This document shows, one piece after another, positions 29,408-36,789 of a stretch of DNA of 64,000 nt. The first letter of the stretch is position 1; each line of letters opens with the position of its first letter. Source of the DNA: Acidobacteriota bacterium (GTDB lineage Bacteria; Acidobacteriota; Vicinamibacteria; Vicinamibacterales; SCN-69-37); NCBI GenBank assembly GCA_016716905.1, contig JADJUS010000022.1, positions 140,053-204,052 of the forward strand, written 5' to 3'. The position numbers were made by a program, and so were the translations under genes. Under the pieces are notes generated by a model, which was not told where the DNA came from, did no database searches, and worked only from the letters and a program-made list of their open reading frames with translations.

Positions 29408-31261
29408 ATGCCCCTCCTGACCCTCGACCACATTTCCACGGCCTTCGGCCACGTGCCGTTGCTCGACGACGCCTCGCTGCAAATTGAAGCCGGCGAGCGG
29501 ATCGCCATTGTCGGACGTAACGGCACCGGCAAGTCCACCCTCCTCAAGATCATTGCCGGTGACCTGGAACCCGACGCGGGCACGATTTGGCGAGGGCCTG
29601 GTGTGAAGGTCTCACGGCTGCCGCAGGATGTCCTTGAAGCCAGTGCCGACCGCCGGAGCGTCCACGATGTGGTCTCCGAGGGCGTGCACGGGCTCGACGA
29701 GGAAGACTGGGAACGCGAACAACGTGTGGATCAGATCATCGAGCGCCTGGATCTCAATGCCACCGCCCGCGTGAACGAGCTGTCGGGCGGATGGCGCCGG
29801 CGCGTCTGGCTGGCGCGGGCCCTGGCCGCACAGCCCGACATATTGCTGCTCGACGAACCCACCAACCATCTCGACATCGAGGCCATCACGTGGCTCGAGG
29901 ACATCGTTGAAAAACACCGCGGCGCCGTGGTGTTCGTCACGCACGACCGCGCCTTCCTTCAACGAGTGGCCACGCGACTGGTGGAACTCGATCGGGGCCA
30001 CCTGACCTCCTACGCCCCGGATCCTGCCGCCCGCAGCGGTGCCGTTCCTGTGTACGACGAGTATCTGCGACGCAAGGAAGAAGCACTCGCCATCGCGGCC
30101 ATGGCCCACGAGAAGTTCGACAAGCGGCTCGCGCAGGAAGAAGTCTGGTTGCGGCAGGGCATCAAGGCGCGACGCACCCGCGACGAAGGCCGCGTCAAAG
30201 CGCTCATGCAGATGCGCGCCGAACGCTCCCAGCGCCGGCAGGCCATCGGCTCGGTGCGACTGACGATGGACGCCGGTGAGCGGTCGGGCAAGCTCGTCTT
30301 CGACGTCAAGAGCATCTCGAAGACCTTCGCGGTCCAGGGTCCAGAGTCCAGAGTCCAGGGTCCTGTCATTGCCGAATTTTCAACCCGCATCATGCGTGGT
30401 GATCGCATCGGCGTGCTTGGACCAAACGGCGCGGGCAAGACCACGCTGTTAAAGATGCTCGTGGGCGAATTGCCACCTGACACCGGCACGGTGGAGATTG
30501 GGACCAACGTCCAGATTGCGTACTACGACCAGCAGCGCGAGCAACTGGACCCCGAGCGCACCGTGGTGGACACCGTTGGTGACGGCAACGACGTGGTGAC
30601 GGTCGGTGGACGCAGCCGGCACGTCCACGGCTACCTCGAAGACTTCCTGTTCCCGGCCGCGCGTGCGCGGTCCAAAGTCAAAGCGTTGTCGGGCGGGGAA
30701 CGTAATCGCCTGCTGCTGGCGCGACTCTTCACGCGCCCGGCGAACGTACTGGTGCTCGACGAGCCAACGAACGACCTCGACATCGAGACCCTCGAATTGC
30801 TGGAGTCACAACTGGCGGAGTTCGACGGCACGGTGCTGCTCGTCAGCCACGACCGGGCGTTCCTCAACAATGTCGTCACCAGCACGATGGCCTGCGAAGG
30901 CAACGGTATCGTCCGCGAGTATGTGGGAGGATACGACGATTGGCTGCGGCAGTCAGCCACCCCGACCTCGGCAGGCGACGCCTCCGGGAAACGGTCGCCG
31001 ACGGATCAGGCTCCGCCTGCGAAGGCGATTGCCAAGAAAAAGCTCTCGTTCAAGGAACAGCGCGAGTTCGATGGGCTGCCCGCGCAGATCGAATTGCTCG
31101 AACGCAGCATTGCCACACGTGACGATGTCATCGCCAGCGCGGAGTTTTATCGCAAGGGCGCAGAACAGATCCGGATCACGCTCCAACAACAGGACGAAGA
31201 ACGCACCGCCCTGATTGCGGCGCTCGCACGCTGGGACGAATTGGATTCGCGCACGCGTTAG
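29408..31261 (+). CDS. ABC-F family ATPase (Uup-like)
   Basis: Two ABC cassettes: GRNGTGKST / LSGGWRRRV / LLLDEPTNHLD and GPNGAGKTT / LSGGERNRL / LVLDEPTNDLD. C-terminal coiled-coil domain. Confidence 0.9.
   Translation: MPLLTLDHISTAFGHVPLLDDASLQIEAGERIAIVGRNGTGKSTLLKIIAGDLEPDAGTIWRGPGVKVSRLPQDVLEASADRRSVHDVVSEGVHGLDEEDWEREQRVDQIIERLDLNATARVNELSGGWRRRVWLARALAAQPDILLLDEPTNHLDIEAITWLEDIVEKHRGAVVFVTHDRAFLQRVATRLVELDRGHLTSYAPDPAARSGAVPVYDEYLRRKEEALAIAAMAHEKFDKRLAQEEVWLRQGIKARRTRDEGRVKALMQMRAERSQRRQAIGSVRLTMDAGERSGKLVFDVKSISKTFAVQGPESRVQGPVIAEFSTRIMRGDRIGVLGPNGAGKTTLLKMLVGELPPDTGTVEIGTNVQIAYYDQQREQLDPERTVVDTVGDGNDVVTVGGRSRHVHGYLEDFLFPAARARSKVKALSGGERNRLLLARLFTRPANVLVLDEPTNDLDIETLELLESQLAEFDGTVLLVSHDRAFLNNVVTSTMACEGNGIVREYVGGYDDWLRQSATPTSAGDASGKRSPTDQAPPAKAIAKKKLSFKEQREFDGLPAQIELLERSIATRDDVIASAEFYRKGAEQIRITLQQQDEERTALIAALARWDELDSRTR
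30331..30365. repeat. heptamer tandem repeat (GGTCCAG/AGTCCAG)x5 inside the ABC-F coding sequence
   Basis: ggtccag ggtccag agtccag agtccag ggtcctg, translated as VQGPESRVQGP just upstream of the second Walker A. Confidence 0.9.
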
Positions 31262-31302
31262 ACGCTTGACAACTGTGATAATTTTGCATACCCAGTACCT
31301 GT

Positions 31303-33339
31303 ATGCATCGGCTGACGTGGCCACGGGCCACGATCGTCTTGTTCGCGTTCTTCGGACTCGCTCTCCTTCAAGCGTGGCCCTTGCCCCTGTACCTGTCGAG
31401 CCAGCTGACGGGGCCGCCCTCGGGTGACACCGGCGTGTACGTCTGGAACACGTGGGTCTTCCGCCACGAACTCGTGGATAACGGCGCGTGGCCCCTCTGG
31501 ACGAGCTCGATTTTTGCCGGGGATGAACCTGCCAATCTGGGCCATCACAACTACACGTTGTTTGCCAATCTGCTCGCCGTGCCGCTGCAGATCGTCTTTG
31601 ACGTGGTGGCCTCATTCAATCTGATCTACCTGATCAACATCGCCCTCGCCGGCTTTGGGATGTTTCTGTTGGCGCGCCGGGTCACGACGCACGACGCCGA
31701 AGCGTGGCTGGCAGGTGCGCTGTTCGCGTGTTGCGGTTTCATGGTGGGGCGCAGCTTTGGCCATTTCAGTCTCGTCGCGGCTGCCCCTCTGCCCTTTTTT
31801 GTCTGGTGCCTGATTCGGTGCTGGGAACGTCGCCGCACGCGCGACGCACTCGCGCTCGGTCTCGTGTCCGCGTGGTCGATCACGGCGGACCCGTACTACG
31901 CGGTGTATTGCCTCATGTTGGGCATGGGGTTTCTCGTGAGCCACACCGTGAGGCTCACGCCGGCGATGTCTCGACCCCGTGTCTGGAAACGGGCGCTGAC
32001 TATTTGTGCCGTGCTCGCGGCTGTCCCGGTGGCCGTCCGGCTCCTCACGGGTGGCGGAGTGATGCAGACAGGCCCGTGGGAAATTTCCGTGCGTTCGCTC
32101 TATACGCCGGTGCTGATCCTGACGTTCGTGATTTGCCTGCGCGCACTGGTGATGTTTCGCATTCAGCGCACGCGCGAACCCTGGCCGCAGTGGGTCACGG
32201 CCACGTGGCTCGTGATCGTGGCGGTCGCGTCCGCCGGCGCGCTGGCGGCGCCCGTGCTCTCGGCCCAGGCCTTTGGCGAAGCGATGGACGCCGCACCCGT
32301 GCTCTGGCGCTCGGGACCGCAAGGCGCGGACCTGTTGGCCCTCCTGCTCCCGCATGCCGCACATCCGCTGATGCCCGAGGTGGTTCGGACCGCCCTCGCC
32401 CAGCATCCGGGCGGACTCATCGAACAGAGCGCGAGCCTGTCGATGGTTGCGTTGCTCGTGATCGGCTTGGCGTGGTGGCGCACGTCATGGCGGCCCTCGA
32501 TGCGGTGGCTCGCGGCCGCGGTGGCGTTCGGGCTCATGACGATGGGTCCGTTCATCTACGTAGCCGGCGTGAACACGTACATTCCAACTCCGTGGACGCT
32601 GCTGCGTTACGTGCCGGTCATCTCAGACGCGCGGATGCCCAGTCGTATGGCCATTGTGGCGACCATGGCTGTGGCCATGCTGTTTGCCGCCGCCCTGAGC
32701 GCGTGGACGTCCCGCGCGGGAAAACATCGTCCCTGGGTGCTGGTGGCCGTCGCGCTGTTGTTGTGCGTGGATTTGTTTCCGGCGCCGCGGCGGCTGTACT
32801 CCGCCGGCGTGCCGGAGATTTACCAACGCATCGCCCAGGACCCTCGGCCGGTCAGCGTCCTGAGGCTGCCCACTGGGGTGCGTGACGGCCTGGCGTCGCT
32901 CGGCAACTTCACCGCCCACGCGCAGTTCTTCCAGACGGTCCACGAGAAACGCCTGATCGGCGGGTACTTGTCGCGGACGACGCCCCGGCGGCGCGAGTCC
33001 CACATCAGCCATCCGGTCCTGGGCCCCCTGGTCGCCCTCAGTGGCGGCCTGCCGGTCACCCAGGCACAACGGCTCGAGGCCCGTGCGGCTGCCGCCGCAT
33101 TCGTGCGCGAGGTCGATCTGGGCTACGTCGTGATCAACCACCGCGAGGCGTCACCCGCCCTGGAGCAGTTCGCCGTGGACGTGCTCAAACTGACGCGCGT
33201 GCAAGGGGATGCGGATCTGTCACTCTACGTGCCGTTCGGCGCCGCCCGGACCGAGGCCGGGCCGCAGCCACGGCCTGGCGGCGGCCATGAGGGCCAGAAC
33301 CCCACCAAACGTGCACACGATGGTGGCGCCGGTCGGTAA
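31303..33339 (+). CDS. large polytopic membrane protein (possible GT-C-type glycosyltransferase; function unknown)
   Basis: 678-aa ORF with more than 10 predicted TM helices and a C-terminal soluble domain. The 3' end overlaps the convergent znuB-like gene by 120 nt. Confidence 0.5.
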   Translation: MHRLTWPRATIVLFAFFGLALLQAWPLPLYLSSQLTGPPSGDTGVYVWNTWVFRHELVDNGAWPLWTSSIFAGDEPANLGHHNYTLFANLLAVPLQIVFDVVASFNLIYLINIALAGFGMFLLARRVTTHDAEAWLAGALFACCGFMVGRSFGHFSLVAAAPLPFFVWCLIRCWERRRTRDALALGLVSAWSITADPYYAVYCLMLGMGFLVSHTVRLTPAMSRPRVWKRALTICAVLAAVPVAVRLLTGGGVMQTGPWEISVRSLYTPVLILTFVICLRALVMFRIQRTREPWPQWVTATWLVIVAVASAGALAAPVLSAQAFGEAMDAAPVLWRSGPQGADLLALLLPHAAHPLMPEVVRTALAQHPGGLIEQSASLSMVALLVIGLAWWRTSWRPSMRWLAAAVAFGLMTMGPFIYVAGVNTYIPTPWTLLRYVPVISDARMPSRMAIVATMAVAMLFAAALSAWTSRAGKHRPWVLVAVALLLCVDLFPAPRRLYSAGVPEIYQRIAQDPRPVSVLRLPTGVRDGLASLGNFTAHAQFFQTVHEKRLIGGYLSRTTPRRRESHISHPVLGPLVALSGGLPVTQAQRLEARAAAAAFVREVDLGYVVINHREASPALEQFAVDVLKLTRVQGDADLSLYVPFGAARTEAGPQPRPGGGHEGQNPTKRAHDGGAGR

Positions 33340-34092
33340 GTCGAAGGACACCGACAGATACATCCCCAGCATCGACGTGATGCCACCCATCACCCAGCCC
33401 AGCGTCAGTCGCGACCCGACGCGGCTCGCATACAACATGCCGGCCACGGACGGCACGATGAGGTAGCAGAACACCAACAGGACGCCGGCGATGGCCACCG
33501 ACCGGGTCACGACCACACCAAACGACGCGTAGAACAGAAAATCCCAGAACCGCACCGAGATCCCCGATGCCTCGGCGGCCGCCGGATTCATGGAGATCAG
33601 CAGGAAGCGTTTGCGGTACACGAAGTGAAACGCACCGATCGCCACGTACACCCCTGCGGTCTTCCACACTTCTTCCCACGACACCGACAGGATGTTGCCC
33701 ACGAGCATGTCGCGCAGATGTTCGCTCTCACCGGTGGACTGGCTCATGGCGACGATCACGGCCGCTGACGCCACCGCGTAGGAAATGCCGATGATGGCTT
33801 CCTGCGGCACGCGGGCGTTATGCCCTTTGACCAGTGAAAAGATTGCCGCGCCAATGAAGGTGAACCCGAGGCTCATCCAGTAGACGCCCGGGTGATGGGA
33901 ATCGCCGCCGAACGCGGGGACGAGCAACGCGAGCGTGGCGCCAAGCGAGGCGATCTGCGCCAGCGACAGGTCCACGAAGATGACCCCGCGTTCCACCACG
34001 TGCAGCCCGAGGTACGCGTGAATGCCGGCGATGATCAAACTGGCCACTATCGCCGGCGCGAGAAACGAAACGAGGGCCCAGTCCATCGCCAC
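33220..34092 (-). CDS. metal ABC transporter permease (ABC-3 / ZnuB-MntB family)
   Basis: 290 aa with 8-9 TM helices. FVDLSLAQIASLGA and the family-typical length and architecture. Confidence 0.85.
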   Translation of the reverse strand: MAMDWALVSFLAPAIVASLIIAGIHAYLGLHVVERGVIFVDLSLAQIASLGATLALLVPAFGGDSHHPGVYWMSLGFTFIGAAIFSLVKGHNARVPQEAIIGISYAVASAAVIVAMSQSTGESEHLRDMLVGNILSVSWEEVWKTAGVYVAIGAFHFVYRKRFLLISMNPAAAEASGISVRFWDFLFYASFGVVVTRSVAIAGVLLVFCYLIVPSVAGMLYASRVGSRLTLGWVMGGITSMLGMYLSVSFDLPTGATIVCTFGGVLALMAAARPWLRPGLGPGGAERHVE

Positions 34093-35033
34093 TACTTCCC
34101 GGCCTTTGCGAGCGTCGTCACCAGCAGATTGATGTTGAAGTCGAACAGCTTGATGTAGTCGTCGGTGCCTGGCAGGCCTCCCACCGAGGGCGCCAGCGTC
34201 AGCACCTGCGCGCCGGTTTGCGACGCAATCTGTTTGGGGGTCTTCGTATCGAAGTACGGCTCAATGATGATCACCTTCACCTGCTGGCGTTTCATCTCAG
34301 TGATCAAGCCGAGCGTGTGCGCTGGTGAGGGAGGCACACCGGGCTTGGGCTCGACGTACCCGATCACGTCAAGACCAAACCGGTCGGTGAAGTTCGGCCA
34401 CGACCGGTGATATGTCACGACCTTGGTGCCCTTGAACGGCTTCATGGCCGTATCCCATCGCCGTTCTGCGTCGGCCAGGCGCCGATCGAAGTCGGCGTAC
34501 CGCTGGGCGTAACCCGCCTGGTTCGCGCGGTCAAGCTGGGTGAGCCGGTCACGAATCGCTGCCGCGATGACACGGCCGTTTCCGGGATCGAGCCAGTAGT
34601 GCGGGTTGCCGGAAGGGTGCACGTCGCCCATCGCGCGCGTCAACTGTCCGGTGGGCAGGTCCAGGATCTTCACGTTCGCTGAAGGGTCGAGGTATCCCGT
34701 GGCGCCCACCTGGATGCGCGCGTTGCGGCTGCTGTTGATCAGCGGAGGCAGCCAGCCAATTTCAAGTTCCCGGCCCACCACGATGAGAAGGTCGGCGCGA
34801 CTGAATTTCAGAATAAAACTGGGTTTGGCCTCAACAAAATGCGGGTCCTGGTAGCCCCGCGCGATGGCTTCGACGGTCACGGCGTCGCCGCCGATGTCGC
34901 GCGCGATTGCGGCCAGGTCCTCGGTGGTGGTCACGATCTTGAGTGGCGCCGAAGTCGCGAACACGCCGCCGAGAGGGCCGGCGAGCAAGACGACACCGGC
35001 ACAGATTGATGCAAGGAGTATTTTCATGGGCAT
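34092..35033 (-). CDS. metal ABC transporter substrate-binding protein (ZnuA/TroA family)
   Basis: Signal peptide, then KIVTTTEDLAAIARDIGGD, GNPHYWLDPGN and VTYHRSWPNF motifs. Confidence 0.85.
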   Translation of the reverse strand: MPMKILLASICAGVVLLAGPLGGVFATSAPLKIVTTTEDLAAIARDIGGDAVTVEAIARGYQDPHFVEAKPSFILKFSRADLLIVVGRELEIGWLPPLINSSRNARIQVGATGYLDPSANVKILDLPTGQLTRAMGDVHPSGNPHYWLDPGNGRVIAAAIRDRLTQLDRANQAGYAQRYADFDRRLADAERRWDTAMKPFKGTKVVTYHRSWPNFTDRFGLDVIGYVEPKPGVPPSPAHTLGLITEMKRQQVKVIIIEPYFDTKTPKQIASQTGAQVLTLAPSVGGLPGTDDYIKLFDFNINLLVTTLAKAGK

Positions 35034-35036
35034 GCC

Positions 35037-36167
35037 TCAGAACACATGGGCGCCGTGCGCCCCGATGCCAAAACTCAATTGAAAGAGAAACTCGTTCGCG
35101 CGGCGACCCTCGCCGTATCGCGTGTGACGGTACTGGCCGCGCAATTGACTGAACTCACTGGGCCAGAACGAGAGGAACACCGACGCCCCGGAGTCGCGCA
35201 GGTCCGGATCCAGGGCGCGCTCGGAACGGTCGAGCCGCCCGCCGATATACCAGCGCCTGGCGAACTGGTACTCCGCCAATCCAAACAGGCCGAACGCGCT
35301 CGCGGCCGGGGCCCCGGGCAGGTCCTGCCGGCTCCAGACCAGTTCCGTCCGCGCCTGGAAGCGGCGATAGATCGCGCGGCGCAGCGGCCGGTAGCGAAAG
35401 GTGGCATCCACGCCAATCAAGCGGCGATTGGCGTCGGGCCCCACGTTGGTGGGGCCCCACGCGACCGACCCGCCGAGATCGAGATTCGCGCTTTCCGTGA
35501 GATCGCGATACGCGCGCAACCGGCCCACGTAGTTGAGCTTCGACCGCTGGTCGCTCTGGAAGACCGCCGAGTCGCCGCTGAAGACCTCTGCGGTCGCTTC
35601 AAGAAAGGCCAGCGGGTTCTGCACGAGCCGTGACAGCGACAACCCGGAATCGGAGATGCCCTCCTCGCCTCCCACCAGATGCTGGGTGACGAGCGGCCGG
35701 TCCGCCGTGGGTACGGCGTGAGTGTGCAGCGTGTTGACCTTGCCGAACTGCGCGCGCAGTTTGCCCGCTTTGAGCAGCAACGACCCAGGGAGCGAGGTGA
35801 AGGTGATGTATCCCTCCTCGATCTCCACGCCTTCGGGTGACGCCGCGAGAAAAAAGTCGGCCCGTGCGTAGGTATCCACCACCGACCTGAACGACAGTTC
35901 CACTTCGCGAAGTTGGAGCGACCGCTCACCGGCGTTCGGGTTTTTTCCGGCTGCCGCGACGAAGTTCGCAATGACCGAAATGTCCGGATTGAAGACGTTA
36001 GAGCCAGCGGCCGCCGCGGGTTGTGCCGGCGCAGCGGCCGGCGGAGGCGGCACAGCCGGCGTCCCGCCTGCGGCCTGGGCCAACGCCAGGCCGGGCGTGA
36101 GGCCGCTCACGCCAAGGCACAACAAAAAAATACATCGATGGATCGATCGGAGACACCACGCTTGCAT
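35037..36167 (-). CDS. outer-membrane beta-barrel (porin-like) protein
   Basis: Start at ATG 36167 with a signal peptide (...LALAQAAG). Alternating beta-strand pattern. The C-terminal residue is Phe (...GAHGAHVF). Confidence 0.55.
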   Translation of the reverse strand: MQAWCLRSIHRCIFLLCLGVSGLTPGLALAQAAGGTPAVPPPPAAAPAQPAAAAGSNVFNPDISVIANFVAAAGKNPNAGERSLQLREVELSFRSVVDTYARADFFLAASPEGVEIEEGYITFTSLPGSLLLKAGKLRAQFGKVNTLHTHAVPTADRPLVTQHLVGGEEGISDSGLSLSRLVQNPLAFLEATAEVFSGDSAVFQSDQRSKLNYVGRLRAYRDLTESANLDLGGSVAWGPTNVGPDANRRLIGVDATFRYRPLRRAIYRRFQARTELVWSRQDLPGAPAASAFGLFGLAEYQFARRWYIGGRLDRSERALDPDLRDSGASVFLSFWPSEFSQLRGQYRHTRYGEGRRANEFLFQLSFGIGAHGAHVF

Positions 36168-36229
36168 GGCCTGCACCTTCCGACAACACGGGGACAACTC
36201 GCGCCCCGTCTCGCCGTGCGAAGCGGGGC

Positions 36230-36601
36230 CTACAGAGCGGTTGAGCGGGTTGAAGTGGGAGGGCCGCGCGAGGGCCGTGTGAGGAGGTCGATGGCCGCGG
36301 GCACCTCGAGGGCCATCAGGACGGGCACGGCCAGTCCACCGGGCATGGCCAGGCGCGCTTCGGAAGTGGCGCTGGCACCGCGTACGGCTTGCAGGAAGTG
36401 GCAAACGGGACAGTGCTGTGCCTCGCCGTCCGAGGCGTCGCCGACCGCTGTCGCACGGTCACCGACGGTCAGGCTGACGGCGCCGCACGCGATGTCAATA
36501 ATGCCGAGGTGGTCCCTGCTCAGGCCTGTCAACCCGAGGGTCAACACAAACGTGGCCAGGAGCAGCCGCGCGCGAAGCCGCCGAACCGTCGCGGAGCGCA
36601 T
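36230..36601 (-). CDS. small exported Cys/His protein (DUF2946-like?)
   Basis: 123-aa ORF with an N-terminal hydrophobic segment. The single motif HCPVCHF also fits CXXCH. The gene call is weak. Confidence 0.35.
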   Translation of the reverse strand: MRSATVRRLRARLLLATFVLTLGLTGLSRDHLGIIDIACGAVSLTVGDRATAVGDASDGEAQHCPVCHFLQAVRGASATSEARLAMPGGLAVPVLMALEVPAAIDLLTRPSRGPPTSTRSTAL

Positions 36602-36789
36602 GCCGCCACTGTACGGCCGTGCTCACTCGTCGTCAAGACAGCGCGCCTTGCGGTGGCTTCAGGGCCTCAAGCTAGGCCTCGATCTGCCCACTTGACAGCC
36701 GCGTAACGAAGGCTTCTACTTCTTTCGACCGACTTCGTTCACCGACTTAAGGAAGTCGGCCCGGACAGGTCGTTTTGGAGGAATCAGTG

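Noticed and set aside
31266-31310. Promoter TTGACA (31266-31271) and inverted repeat TGCATAC/GTATGCA around the ATG of the large membrane protein gene
   Set aside because: No acceptable -10 hexamer lies at 16-18-bp spacing. The 7-bp inverted repeat is short enough to be chance. It is kept only as a note.
36602-36789. Cobalamin riboswitch upstream of the TonB receptor (GCCACTG at 36604-36610)
   Set aside because: Only this heptamer matches. The other conserved blocks (B12 box context, GGTGCC/AATCCGG-type stems) are absent, and the heptamer lies upstream of the only plausible -35 element.
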